The notes under the pieces were generated by a model. It saw only the letters and a program-made list of their open reading frames with translations. It did no database searches and was not told the origin of the DNA. Positions 12,389 to 26,527 of a DNA stretch of 64,000 nt are shown in pieces; position 1 is the stretch's first letter; each line of letters starts with the position of its first letter. The stretch is from Pseudovirgaria hyperparasitica (Eukaryota), in the NCBI GenBank assembly GCA_010093815.1, contig ML996567.1. One strand, given 5' to 3'. The position numbers were made by a program, and so were the translations under genes.

Positions 12389-13319
12389 GTTGCGGAGATG
12401 GGACTGGGGGCGGATTGGCGAGTAATAGAGAGAGACAGTAGACTCTGCGGGCAATCAGTGCAAGGTGTGCGTCTTGACTTACGGAAACCGATGGATGGGA
12501 ATTCTGGAGAGACGACGATGATGGGGGCGTAATAGAGAGAAAATAGATTGTAAAAGGCGGAGAAGACGGAGGGTTTTTAATATACGGAGGATCCGAGTCG
12601 GAGAAGGGAGAGAGAGAGAGAGAGTGAATGAATTGTGTGTGTGGTTGTGGTGATTGTGGTGGTGATAGTGTGAAAAGTGGGTTTTGACGATTTCTGACTC
12701 TTGCTGACCGGACCGAGAGGGAATGTCACGACTCGGCACCACGCAGCCAATCACAATCTCCAGCGAGACATGTCCTCGGCGTCTAAAGGATTCAAGGGTC
12801 GTGACGGTTTCAAACTTTCTTATATCTTTTTATTTGCTCCGTGTCTGGGACAAAGAAAACATATCATTCTGTCGGTGTCCGAGACGGTAAGACATAGAGA
12901 GACGAGAGACGAGTCCCTATACTCCCACACGCGCCTCTATCCAACAAACCCCATATTGTGTGTCCTGACCGCCTCTTCTCGCACAGCAGGTCTGCCAGCG
13001 TCCAAAATCACGACATGGCAAACACCCCTGCCCACTGGACAATATTAATATCACGCAACTACACTTATCATGTACCTAGATACCCACTTGGTGAGTGGTA
13101 CGATGTACTAATGTATGTGTTGTATGTACGTACTGTACTGTGTATGCAGTGACTGACGCATCATCACGAATTACGAGACGCGGGGTGCAGGCGGCAGTCG
13201 GCAGTCGGCAGTCGGCAGTCGGCAGTGAGGGGTATTTTGGCCTGGCTTCCGACTTCGGCCACGGTACTATATGGCATGGGATGCGTATATGTGGGCATGA
13301 GATTTATGCTCTCCGACTA

Positions 13320-13514
13320 CTTAGGCCCAAGGCGATAAGATGCTAAGGCAGTAATATGCCAGGCACTAAGGCACTAAGGCAGCAATACCCAGGCAGCAAG
13401 GCAGCAAGACAGCAAGGTCACTCAGGTACCTACTAATTAATTACCACCAAGGCAATACGACGTTGAGGTGGTCACATAACAAGGCAGTAAGGCATTAAGG
13501 CATTAAGGCATTAA
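13320..13514. repeat. Degenerate 8-bp (AAGGCANT-type) repeat tract; a (GGCAGTC)n tract lies nearby at about 13191-13226
   Basis: taaggcac, caaggcag and taaggcat units recur between the EMG1 promoter and the dioxygenase stop codon. Confidence 0.75.
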
Positions 13515-13525
13515 CGCTCCAACAG

Positions 13526-14608
13526 TCAGTATCGCCCCGGCAATCTCTCCTCTCCATCTTCATGCCCCTGAAACTCGACCCACGAGCTCATCTTCGCCCG
13601 CACGTGATGTCCATACAGTACGCCCTCATCATCGCCGTCCACGCTCTTGATCACGCAATTCTCACCTGGCTCAAAGAAGAAAGGCACGCTGAACCTGCCC
13701 ATGCGACCGACACCCTGTCCCCTAATTGAAGCCTTCACTCGATGCATCGTCGCAACAAACCGTCCCCCTGAAACCCGAGCCATGAGGTCTCCAATGTTGA
13801 CCACAATCGAGTCAGCAACATACGGAGCCTGGATCCACGCTCCTGCCGCATTGAGAACCTCTAGCCCCCCTGTTGCGTCCTGGTGCAGCAAGGTCAGTAT
13901 ACCGGAGTCTGTGTGAGGCGTACAGCACAATCGCGCTTCTTGCTCATCCCGTGCAGTATTCGCTGTCTTGATCTCTTGTGGCGGATAGTGAAGCAGTCGG
14001 AGTGTACTGATTGAGTGCTGTAGGTAGTGCGCAAAGTGCTCCGCTGGTTTTCCGAGTGATACTGCGAGGAGCGAGAGGAGTTGGTAGGACAATGCTTGCA
14101 GCTCGCCATGAAGCTTTTCGAGCTTGTGCCGTGACTTGTACGCTGATTCTGCCGGCCACACGTTTGCTTCATTCAGATTGATGTCGCGGTGAAGTACAGC
14201 CGCCGGGTCGGACGGTGGCTCGGAAGGGCCAATCTCAAACCCTTCTTTGAGGTTGTCGGGGCTGCCCGGCTGAGGTGGGAAGTACCTGGCCGTGTCAATC
14301 GACATGTCAATGTCTGATCCTCTTTGCTGGTGGCCTGATTACCCATGGTATGTATTCGTGTTGTCTTTCTTGAAAGCATGCTTGGCCACCTCCATCTTGG
14401 TCGCCATTGGCAGAGAGAAGAACTCCCGTGCAAGGTCCAGGACTTCGCCATGGCTAAAGCTCAACGGAGTGTTTACAAGATACGCAAAGCCAGTGGTCGA
14501 GAAGACATCATACAATTGCTTGCCGAGTTTGTGGTTTTCCTCAGGATTGGTTGACGAAGAAAGTGCGGAGAGATCGACGAAAGGAAGTGACGAGAATGAA
14601 GTTGACAT
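13526..14608 (-). CDS. 2-oxoglutarate/Fe(II) dioxygenase, isopenicillin-N-synthase-like (intron 14286-14342)
   Basis: DIOX_N-like start (LPFVDL...GFAYLVN), LRLLHYPP, the HxD motif HTDSG, a distal His in MHRV and the RxS motif in RFSVPFF. Confidence 0.9.
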
Positions 14609-15144
14609 GATGAGAGGAGTGCAGTACAAGTATTCAGTTCCTTCAGTATAGAATGATATTCGAACATGCAGTGCTTTGTATTGGTCACGAGTTTCGACTG
14701 GAAGTGACGTGTGCACGCGACCATTTACCGAACATGGACGGCCGAATCGGGTGCGAAGGCAGAGAGAGGGGTACAAGCTACCTAAGAAGGCTCTGGGTTC
14801 GACCATGTCTTATTCGGACATGGAAGTTGTATTGTAACATACATCGCTGGTAGATATACGTTGCGTTGGAGGTTGAGAGCTGTGGAGAGATTGTCAAGAC
14901 TTAAGATATGGATCCATGTATGTTATGTAGACAGAGTCCGGCGCAAGTCTAGTCATCTACATCGCATGATATAGACACCTGACAGAGCATCACTGGCAGT
15001 CCTTGTCTCTGCTGCAGACAATCTGAAGGATTGTTGAGTGTCAAGAGACAAGAGGGCACCTGGACTCCTGAGCAGGCTGAGTATTGCTGTGAATGCCTTA
15101 TATATGAGGTTAGCAATGCACGCCGTGCCCAGGCCGCTAGTGGA

Positions 15145-15185
15145 TCGCGTCCACCGCAACACGTTCGACGCGATCAGGAACGCGT
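15145..15185. promoter_or_regulatory. Three MCB-like boxes upstream of SMC6
   Basis: TCGCGT at 15145, ACGCGA at 15168 and ACGCGT at 15180. Confidence 0.55.
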
Positions 15186-15290
15186 GTGTCCCTAGCAGAA
15201 TGTAACATTTCTAGATCACCATGTCAACATGCCCTCACGTCGATGAGCAGCGCACCATCTGAATGAGATTCGCCTGCTACAAAGCCTGCA

Positions 15291-18200
15291 ATGGCATCAA
15301 TTCCCCACAAACGTCCGAGGCAGCTTGCTGACGATGAAGAGTCCGTCGTCTCTTTCACGACCGCCTCCCAGAGGATACAGAGCAAACGGCCGCGCATGTC
15401 CACCGATGAAGTCAGGCCAACAGAGAGTCCGCAACCCGAACCATTGCGCAATGATGGTGATAATCTCATCCACATCGATATCGACGCGCTAGACGATGTC
15501 GAAACCATTCAGAAGATTCATGAGGTTCAGGAACAGGACGATAGCAGAGCCGAAAAGATACGTCAAGCACGCCCGGAACCATCAATCGAACGTCCTGCAG
15601 CCGACAACGCCATCATCGAGCAAGTCATAGTGGAGAATTTCATGAACCACGCCCGACTCAAGATCACACTCGGTCCTTTCATCAACTTCATCGTTGGGCG
15701 CAATGGCAGTGGGAAGAGCGCAGTGTTGGCCGCCATAAGTCTATGCCTGGGTGGCAAGTCAAAAGAGCGCGCCTCAAGTATACGGGGTTACATCAAGCAG
15801 GGCGAAGAGTAAGTTCGTTCTCAGTCGCGCTCCGACCATGGACTGACAAATGTGCAAGATCTGGCATGGTCAGCGTCAAGCTCAAGAACCAAGGGTCATC
15901 TGCATACCAGCCTGAGCAATACGGCGACTCCATAATCGTCGAGCGACACATTTCCAAGTCGAGTGGCAGTAGCTACAAGATCAAAAACGCCATGGGGAAA
16001 ATCGTTACTACCAGGGCGTCGGATTTGGCGGATATCATGGACTCCTTTGCTATGCAGATTGACAACCCCATTACCATCTTGTCCCAAGACGCGGCGAAGT
16101 CGTTCCTCGTCACCTCTACGCCCTTCGAGAAATACCAATTCTTCCTCAAAGGAACTCAGCTGGAGCAATTGGCCAAGGACTACAGACTGCTGGAAGACAC
16201 TCTGGACGCGCTCGAAGCTCAGAAGACGAAGAGCGAAGCTAGTCTTCGTGCCGCGGAATCGCGGAAGACTGCCGCTAAGAAGAGATTGGATGCTTCTGCC
16301 TCACAGGAGGTTCTCAGGGAACAGATCGAAAAGGTTCGGAAACAAACAGCATGGAGACTGGTCACCGATGAAGAAGAAGTATGCCATAGTAATTGCTCAT
16401 CCCCGGTCCGCTGCTTACGTGACGTAGAGCCGAGATAGACTGGTACAGGAGTTAACCCTGGCCGAGAGCATGGTCCAGCAACAACAGGCTACCCTAGCTG
16501 ACGTCGAGACAAGGTATTCAGAGTTACAAGTCCAACTCGAAAAGGCATGCGAACATGCCAATGAAGCAGAGGCAGCAGTTGGGCCGATCAAAGCCGACCT
16601 TGACACGAAGAAGAGTGAAATCGACTCCCTTGCCGCCGACATGCAAAGTGCCTTGGTACGAAATGTCCACAACGCCTAAGAGTACTGCTAATCGCTTCGT
16701 AGGAAGATGAGCGCAACATGCAGGGAGAGATTCAGTCGAAGAGGAATGAAATCTCCCAGAACCAGAATAAGAAGGATGAGGCATTGAAACGGCAGTCAGC
16801 CGCCGATGATGGTTCATTGGCTCGAATACACGACGAAATTAGCGAAGCCAAGAGTAGGCTCGAAGAAGCCACCCAGAGACTAGATGTGCACACCGCGAGA
16901 TTTCCAGTAGTCGAGCGAGAACAAAAAGAAGCACAACATCAACTTGATGACTCAAAGTCTAAGCTGGACGCTAGCAGGGCGGACATGCAGCGAGCGCAAC
17001 AAATGCTGGACGAGCACACTAACAAACAAAGCAACTGGATGGGCGGGTATCGCAGAGAATTATCCAGTGTACTCCGTGCCATCGAAGCCGAACGTCGCTT
17101 CAAGACTGCTCCCATTGGGCCCATGGGAAGACATATACAACTGCTGAAACCTGAATGGTCTTCCGTGCTTGAGTCGTCCTTTGGGATGCTCCTGAATGCG
17201 TTCGTAGTGTCAGACAAGAATGATCAAAGCCTCCTACACCAGATATTCAAGAAAGCACGCTAGTAAGTCGCCCCCTGGACTTGGATGTGATGAGGGAATT
17301 TGACCAAGCTGTGTAGTCATGCTCCAATTTACATAAACAATGGTGAACGGATAAACGTTGACCAAGAGCCCGATCCGCAACAGCTCACCTGGCTCCGCGC
17401 TCTAAAAGTATCTCAAGTCTTGTTTGATCTTTGCTTGCTAGGCTAACGATTTTCAGATTACTAACGAAAAAGTCCGCAACGTTTGCATTATCGTGCAGTC
17501 TATAGACCAGATAGCGCTCATCCCAAGCCGTGCCGTGGCCTCTGACTTTGTGAATTCCCATCCTAGAAACGTCAAGGCATGTCTCGCAATGCATGAGACA
17601 AAAAAGGGCTCCGGACACAGGCTCATCGCATCCGCGACCGGAGGCCGGGCCATGAATAACATTCAAGCATACCCAGGTCACCCACGAATGCAATCGGATG
17701 CCGGCACTCAACTCACGTGGGTTCTAGACGTGTGTTCAAATTTCTTCACTAACAAACTTGTTAGCATCTACCGTGACAACCTTGAGCACACCAAACATGA
17801 ATATCAAGTCATGCAACGGAAAGTGAAAGAATTAGAGGCAGTGTTGCGCCAGAGAAGAGACGTCCTGGTCAGTTTCAACAAAGAGACCCGAAACCTTCGT
17901 GTTGCCAAGGAAAAGGCTGCAGACGACATTGAGATATTGAAGGAACAGCTTGAAGATGCCACCCCTCAGGCCGCTGGCGAACTTGCAGTTTTCGACAGGC
18001 AGATCAGCCTGGCTCAGACAGCTTTGTCTGTTGCTGAAGACTCACTCAGGGCGTCCAGACAGGAGAGAACGAATAGTCATCAGGCTCAGACTGCATTGAA
18101 GACAGCATGGGAGGAGATCAAACAAAGACTCAAAAAGTACGAGCGCCAGGCGGCAAGGGCAAAATCCACACGGGATGAAATAGAAAAGGCTCGGCAGACG

Positions 18201-19080
18201 ATGCTGTATGAGAAGAGCCAGGCCGTTGCCGCCGTCCAGAATGCCGTAGCTGAGCAAGGTAGAGCCGAACGAGACGTCAAGTCCCAGGAAGCCAGAATCG
18301 CCGAAGCTGAGGAGTTGGCTACGGATGCAGCTGGTCCCCGTGTACAGGTCGACTTGAACGATACATCAAAGCAACTCGAAAGCCGTTATTTGCGACTCCA
18401 GCGCGAGCTCCAAACGAATATAGCTTCGTATGTACCTCTCTATCAATGCTTTCAAGTCCTCTACTAACAGACATAGAACGGGTGCTACTCACCAGGAACT
18501 TTGCCAGCTTGCGGCTGAGGCTACGGCAGATCGCAATGAAATTGCCCGTAATGTGAATGTTATTAAGAAACAGGCCGACGCCCTGAAACACTCCATGGCC
18601 GATAGACTGGCCCGTTGGCAGAAGTTCCGAAGATACATATCATCAAGGGCTCGCATCATGTTCACATACCTGCTCCAACAGCGCCGTTTTAGGGGTCACC
18701 TGAAGATCGACCCGCACAAAAAACAACTCGACATCTCCGTCGAGCCCGATGCAACCAAAGAGGGCGAAACAGGGAGACAGTCGAAGACATTGTCCGGTGG
18801 GGAGAAGTCATTCTCGACCATCTGCCTGTTGTTGGCTCTCTGGGATGCCATGGGCTCCCCTCTTCGATGTCTAGATGAGTATGACGTGTTCATGGACAAC
18901 AAGATACGATCCGAAAGCACGAAGATGATGATCCAAGCCGCGCGGCAGTCTGTCAGTCGCCAGTTCATTCTGATCACGCCGCATGGTGTGAGTGATGGGC
19001 ATACGGAGAAGGATATTAATGTGTTTAGGATGCCAGATCCAGAGCGTGGACAGCAGACCTTGCCTTTCAGCGTATCGTGA
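15291..19080 (+). CDS. SMC6: Structural maintenance of chromosomes protein 6 (multi-exon)
   Basis: Walker A GRNGSGKS, Q-loop LSQDAAKSFL, coiled coils, hinge PIGPMG, signature LSGGEKSF and Walker B CLDEYDVFMD. Confidence 0.93.
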
Positions 19081-19707
19081 CGCAAGGACTCTCAAGATAG
19101 AGTTAGTTATGCATAGCGATAGGGCGGAGGCCCGATTTTTTTGTGATACCCCCCCAATAGCTCAATGCAACGAGATCTGAAGCAGGTTAGCCGTTTATGA
19201 ATGAACATGTGCTTTCATTTCGTCATACCGGTTGTGTTGTTCTCTGTTGGGGTTTATAACATTCACAAATCTACGAAACCAGTGAAAAGACTCTCGGAAT
19301 AGTAACCAACAATAAAAATAAACACGTAGAAAACACCCCGCAAGGTTTGTCCCACTTCTTTGTTGGACACTAGCTGTCTCTCCGGTGTGCTACTAGGCAT
19401 TAATTACTATCGTGGGTACCTGTCCATGGTTGCTGGGCGGATCTCTTGGCGAATGAGGAGCCTAAAGAAGTGTCCGGCCGTGCTGCTAACTATTAATATA
19501 AGGTCCATCCATAGTTCACCCAGCCACCTTTCCATATATCCATCGCTGACACATTCGCACACCTCTCTGCACTCGACTTGAATAGCTGTGAATCTGACAT
19601 CTACCATAAGGCTCTCAGGTCGCGTGCTATACTGGATACACAAACCTTATCGTTCCCCATGACGGTCGCCAGATCGTCTTCCGACCGCAAGGCGTAGCTC
19701 TCACAGC

Positions 19708-22614
19708 ATGGAATATACGACCAGCCTCTCTACCCCCACAAGCGGATCCAGTACGCCTGTCGCGTTCGATGATGACGACATCGTCTACAGTGATGTCGAA
19801 CGTTCCCTGAGCAAGCAGCCCGCATCTCTACCATCCAGCCCGCGTCCCCCAGTCCAGTATGATTCGAAAGGCATGCCGCCCTCCGAAGACCAGAGACCGA
19901 AAGGATCCATCTCGCGACTTCTGAAAGGCAAGGAGAAAGAGTGGAATGAGGTTGCTGAGAAGCGTGGGCCCTTGACTCTCCTTGATCTACCCGTCGACAT
20001 CCTGAAAGAGATCGTGCACCAGGTAAGAATGCCCTGCTCAGCTGCGTCATGAGCACAAGAACCGTCTTGCTGATATACCATGGCAACAGCTTCCACATAC
20101 GAACGACCTCACATCACTCGCACTCTGTCACTCCGCTCTCCATAGCCTCGCGATTCCCTACATCTACTCCCGGTTCGACATTGTTTGGCCGGACGCAAGC
20201 ACTAGCAATGAGCCACGGGTTGGTGTTGATGCCCTCACCTACGGCCTGTCTACGTTGGTCATGGCCAAACCAATGTTTCGCGAAGATTCACGGCCATCAA
20301 AACCCAAGACGGCGCTGCCCAAGGGTTACCAGCAATATGCCCTGCCCCCTATCCGGCGGGGTAACTACTACGCCAAATACACGAAGAAGTTCTCGCTTGG
20401 CAATGGGCCAACAGACTGGGTGCAAGAATACCTGATCACGAAAGAGCCCGGAAAGATGCTCGGGACTCAGGTCGCGCTAGCTGTAGCAAGAATGGAAAAT
20501 CTGGAAACCTTCGTCTGGGACATGCCCACAGGTGTGCTGAGAGATGTCTGGCTGTCACTATCATCCTTGGCGGACAGGAATGATCCAGAAAGTTGTCGAC
20601 TAGAGCGAATATGGATTCGGTGGCACAACAACTCGGACATCGATTCGCACACTTCGGCTCCATCACCTCCTATACCACTAGCACACGTTATGCCCGCACC
20701 ACATGCGCCTCATACCAGTGGTGCTAACGTCACTTCTGCCCCAGTAGCAGTATCCGCACACGCTATACAAACGAATTCAGCCATCGATCGAGTCGAGCGG
20801 CCGACCTTTTCTGTGCTCCCAGCTCTTAAGAGTTTGAGTGTTCTTGACATCGATGAGCTACCTTACTTGGATGAGATGAGCATCTTGATAGCACGGTCGC
20901 AACACAAACTCAGGGAGCTGAGAGTTGGAATAGCGAGACACTCGCAACAGCGAGATTGGGTCAACGCTTGGGAGGGTGACGGGCTGCAACAGGTTGATTA
21001 CAACTGGAAATGGACCTCCACTACCCCCCGGATCCAAGACAAGCGCCTCGGGGGCGTGCTCGGTATCTTGGTAGGCCGGGTTTATAACATGCGGCGGAAT
21101 GCATACGATGCAAAGCCTCCGATCTCAGTCGAAGCCGCCGGAGATCTGTTTCCAGCTTCTACCAAGACGGAGACCCCTACCATGGATTCGACAACACCCG
21201 TCACATCACCAGTCGAACACTCGCCGACTGCACAAAGTGATGAAAGCCTCGACGAACCGAGCGACACTCCTGAGGACCCCGTCACATCAGCACTTGGTCT
21301 CAAGCACGATACTCCGACAGGAGAGCAAAACGTGCATTCCCGGTCTTCTTCTGCGAGTGCCTTCAAAGGTACGGAGGCATTGGAGATGCTTTGCGATGTG
21401 GCTCAACTGAACCGGGCTGAAATAAGAGACCAGGCTTATGGACCTGCGTTGAAGGATAGGCTCCAACTGCACACGCTAGAGCTTGAAAGGGTCCCCATAT
21501 CCGTCCCGATTCTACTCAAAGCTTTCGACTGGTCGATGCTAACCACGCTCACGCTGCTTAATTGTCATGGCCATGACGCACTTTGGAAGTTCTTGAGACG
21601 CAGCTTTTCGCCCAGATATAGTGGACACAGCGCATCCAAGGCAGTCTCTAACCCTCCAAGACCGACGAGCTACGACTATAGGCTCAATCTCAGGAAGATT
21701 CACACAAACACAGTTTCGGCACCGCTCATCTCGTTCCTCAAAGAGACTTTGGCACCCAATAGTCTGGAGGTCCTCTTCCTGCAAGAACATCGGTCTTACA
21801 ACTCAAACGTCACAGTGGATGCTATATATAAAGGTCCTATAAAGCGCCACCGGGAGAGTCTCAAGAAAGTCATGATCGATAGCAGCGACAAGTGTGTGGA
21901 TGGACACGCCACCGGTCCCGCACGATGGAGGAGGTGGATGGTCAACCGCGAATTCCTCGGTTTCATCACCAGCGGGCGGATGCGTAATCTACGGGAGCTT
22001 GCCATTACAATGGACTTCCGAGATTGGGTATGATTTGCAGATCTCGATCCAGGTATAATGAAGCTAACTGTTCACAGCATTATTTCCTTCAACGGCTTCC
22101 TCAAATTCCCCATCTGCGATCGCTCTATATTCCTGTCTTGGCTGAGCATGGCCACGGCCATAATATTGACCCCAAGGTGTTCGCAATGCAGGTCATCGAC
22201 ATAGTACATTTGAAGCCTGAGGTTGAGCTATGTTATATGGGTATCATGAACAAGTGTTTCGAAATCTTGGAGAACAAGCCGTCGGGCAACGATTCACATA
22301 GCGACGCCAACCCTCAGCATAGCAGCTCCAACGCTACTGGAATTGGTTACAATGCAGTTGGTCAGGCTCCTATGAACTCGGACGACGAGGGAGATGATAC
22401 TGAGGACGACGACGATGATGACGATGACGATGGCATGAATGGTGAGCTGGACGAGACCGAGTCAGAGCCTTCAGACGATGGCCGGACGGACACCGACGGC
22501 GAGGACTCTTACATGCACGACGACGATCGCAGAGGGCCGAAGGTGCGACTTCGCGAGATCTTGTTCTACGACGACAAGGTGGCCATTTTCAAGGCTAGGC
22601 ATGGGAAGCTCTAG
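19708..22614 (+). CDS. F-box domain protein (introns 20023-20089 and 22028-22077)
   Basis: LLDLPVDILKEIVHQ|LPHTNDL F-box, LRR-like segments, an acidic tail, and the end LREILFYDDKVAIFKARHGKL. Confidence 0.85.
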
Positions 22615-24238
22615 AGATATAATTCGACTTTACTACTGCAATGTGGCGTTATCGGGGGGAATACAGGGAGGAGCAAATATTGCATGGGGGGGGGGCGGGT
22701 CTCAGAGGCCATGGGCGTCTTTTGAGCTCTCTGGGGGCGATGAAACCCAAATTTCTTCGTTACAATGATGAGATACGTCCTGGACTGGAATCAGAGCGAC
22801 CGACTGGTCATTTTTCTCGGAGTTCCCTGAAGCGTTCTGTGCCGCGAGATTTCCTCGGCGAGCACACACTATATATATCCCTTGGCTCGGGCTCCTATCA
22901 CGATTTATGCTATGTAGTACGTCGCTGTGCGGCCATTATTTTAGTTAGTTGTGCCCTTTTTTCTCTCCCATGATAGGGCTGTGATTGGCTGTCTCTTTGT
23001 GGACGATACATGGAGTCATTGAGATGTCGTTCCTTTTCATGTGTATATCGCCTTATGTTGAGCGAGTCTGCGGTCATTGCTATTCTTCGGGTCATGCTGT
23101 CATATCTAGAGAGAGCTTCATGGGCCAGTCCACCAGAGTACGTACAGGCAAGCTTTGCATAAACTGGACAGTCTACAGAATACGTGTTCCAGACACTATC
23201 TGGGCATTTGAAGACATAAACCCACTCTTTCGTGTCAAGCATGTTTGGAAACGTTCCTTTGGTGGCGCAGAATGAATACAAGCAATGGCAGCCGAACTAT
23301 TGCTTTATCAACGGGTAGAGCGGCCAAGTCGTCGTGGCTATAGCGACCTGGTTTAACAATATATGTAACCAGGCAGCGTATCAAGTCAGCGGATACAAGT
23401 GCTTGTTTTGGTGTTTGATGGCCGGCGGTATGTGTAGGTATGTATGCCTGAGGCAACAACCAACCCAACCAAGACCCTGAAACGTGCTGAGACGGCTTGA
23501 TACGCGCCTCAAACGTGCTGACTCTAAGCGCCCACATCATCTTCAACCACTCACATCGCTCTTCTGTTGCTTCTTATACACTATCCGCCTAGACTCGGTC
23601 TCCTAGTCAATCACTTACAGTTTCAATGGCTCGTCCACTGTCGTCTTCGCTGCCCGCAAAACCCCGCTGTGGCGTCTCTCTGATTCGTCGGCTTGCCCTT
23701 TCATAGACGTCCATAGCATCAACAAAGACACTCGCCCTTCATCTTGATTCGCTCCCCTGGTACTCGAGATCCTTCGCGTTACAAAGTCCCATTGTCTCTC
23801 ATTCTCAACAGCAGCGTGCCGCCGCCGACGAGAATCGTATGATCCAGTACTCATCACCCCGGTTTGCGGTTTGCGGCTTGCGTCTTCCCTGGACCTTAAG
23901 CCTTGTTCCCGACCCTTGGTAACAGCTTGTTCATGTCTGTCTTCTGAATACCTTCTTTCTGCCCTTCTCTCATAGGTCTCGTTCGGCGGCCGGCTTGCTG
24001 GATCTGCAGCCTCCTCGCTTTCCCTTCTTTCTAGATTCTCTTCGTACAGTGCTGGCACTTTTGGTATGTCGAGACTTGTCGATGGATGAAGGAGTTGGCT
24101 GACATTGGGCGCAGATCATAATACGTTATCCTTACCTTCCAGCAGGCGATCGGCTCTCCATTACACTGCGCATTCCTTCCGAAGCTTGCCTGCCCAAGTT
24201 CAGGTTTTAATAGCTAGATCAGCGCACGCACATCTACC

Positions 24239-26102
24239 ATGTCGCAAGGAGAATCATACAGACTGCCGGGGCGAGAAAGATCGAGATGGCCACCGTTGAC
24301 ACGGATGTTGATGTCGGGAGAGATGAGCGATCAGGCTCCTAGAGAGTTGAACTGGCGGGAAATGCTTGACAGATGGATGGTGAACGAGGGCTACCGGAGG
24401 CTGTTCGTTGGTGTTTTTATGCTGGTGCACCTACTGGTGTTCACATTTGGATGTCTGCATTACGGTCTGAAAGTAGGACTACATACTCCGTGGAGGTATT
24501 ATGACTGACACCTGTAGGATAACCTCAACAACTCGCGGCAGCGATTTGGCTTTACATTTATTATAGCGCGTGCGTCTGCGTTGGTCCTACATCTAGATGT
24601 AGCGTTTATCCTTCTTCGTAAGGCTTCCGAGACTATCGTCGGATTATGGCTAACAAGGTCTCCCAGCCGTGTGCCGCAATCTAATCTCACTTCTTCGTCG
24701 AACTCCCCTGAACGGCATCATCCAGTTTGATAAGAACATCACCTTCCACAAACTCACCGCCTGGTCCATCGTCTTCTTCACCTGGGTACACACCATCTGC
24801 CACTGGGTCAACCTCGCGCGCTTCTCTGCCCAAAACAAGCTTGGATTTGTGGGCTTTCTCCTCGCCAACTTTGCCACCGGTCCGGGTTGGTCGGGCTACG
24901 TGATGCTCGTCGCCCTGATGGCGATGGTCTGGACAGCCATGGAGAAGCAGCGCCGCGCCAATTTTGAACGCTTCTGGTACACGCACCACTTGTTCATCAT
25001 TTTCTTCGTCTTCTGGTCCGTACATGGCGCCTTCTGTCTGATCCCGCAGGACTTTGCGCCCGTGTGCTCCGGTACCGGCGTCTTCTGGCAGTACTGGATG
25101 TACGGCGGCTTCATCTACCTCGCGGAGCGCATTGCGCGCGAGGTACGGGGGAAACACAAGACGTACGTGAGCAAGGTCATCCAGCATCCCAGCAACGTGT
25201 GCGAGATCCAGATCAAGAAGGAGAATACGAAAACGCGTGCGGGCCAGTACATCTTCCTGTGCTGTCCGGAAATCAGTATCTGGCAGTACCATCCTTTCAC
25301 GCTGACCAGCGCCCCGGAGGAGGATTATATCAGCGTGCACGTGCGTGCCGCCGGCGACTTTACACGTAGACTACACGCCGTGCTGGGTTGTGAGCCCGAG
25401 AGACGCGGTGGTGCGGGCGCAGACATACCGAAGGTCAAGGCTGCTGCCGCGGATGACAGGCACGCGGATCCGACACTACGGCGCATCTTGCCACGGGTGT
25501 ACATTGACGGGCCCTTTGGATCAGCCTCCGAAGACGTATTCAAGTTTGAAGTCGCAGTCCTCGTCGGCGCGGGCATAGGTGTGACGCCGTTTGCAAGTAT
25601 ACTGAAGAGTATCTGGTACCGCATGAACTACCCCCAAGGGCGCACGCGGCTACGCAAGGTGTATTTCTTCTGGATATGTCGGGATTTTGGCAGTCTGGAG
25701 TGGTTCCGAAGTTTGCTGCTGGCGATTGAACAGCAGGATCTGGAGGATCGGATTGAGATTCATACTGTATGTTGTCGCCTGCCCCCCTTTTTCCTCTGGA
25801 TGCATACTGACTTGATAAAAACTTAGTATCTCACGGCCAAGATCAAGATTGACGACGCCACGAATATCATGATCAACGACGCCAACGCCGAGCAAGACGC
25901 CATCACCGGCCTTCGCTCGCCCACATCCTTCGGCAGACCGAACTGGGACATTATCTTCCGCAGCATCCGCAGGATCCATGCCCCGGCGGAGGCTGGCGTG
26001 TTCTTCTGTGGGCCGAAGCCATTGGGGAGCTTGTTGCACGTGAAGTGTAATATGTACAGTGATGATGCGTTTCAGTTTGTGTATGGAAAGGAGAACTTTT
26101 AG
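24239..26102 (+). CDS. noxB: NADPH oxidase B (Nox2-type, gp91phox homolog; multi-exon)
   Basis: NoxB N-terminal extension ERSRWPPLTRMLMSGEM...DRWMVNEG, heme histidines (TFHKL, HTICH, YTHHL), FAD motif HPFTLTSAP, NADPH motifs GAGIGVTPF and FFCGP, and terminal KENF. Confidence 0.93.
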
Positions 26103-26527
26103 AGCGCGGAAGAAGCGCGCGCAGTTCTGGTTTTGGGGTTGGGGGAGCGGACGTTTGGAGCTGAAGATATCTTTTTGCCTGCCTGAATTTTTCGGTATGT
26201 CACTTGATAGATGGATAGCATACTATCTTGCCCGCGGACCTGTATATATATACATATATAAAATATCCATATGCTTTTTCGTCGTGGCGATTGAGCTTAG
26301 AAGATTATATTACCGTTTGAGATATTCTATGTTGCTAGTTGTCTGCCCCTTCCCCCTTATCTATATTGCACAAAATATATTCCCTTCGCAGTCTCAAGAC
26401 CTGAATTGTCCCACCAGATAACGCCTGATTGAATAACTCCCGCGCCTGACCCTGCCTCTAGAAGAAGAAAGATAAACTTTATATTACACGACCCCGTCAT
26501 GAATGATATACAGGCGGACGCGCACGT

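Noticed and set aside
22910..23546. Short ORFs between the F-box gene and noxB
   Set aside because: No motifs or splice-supported gene model.
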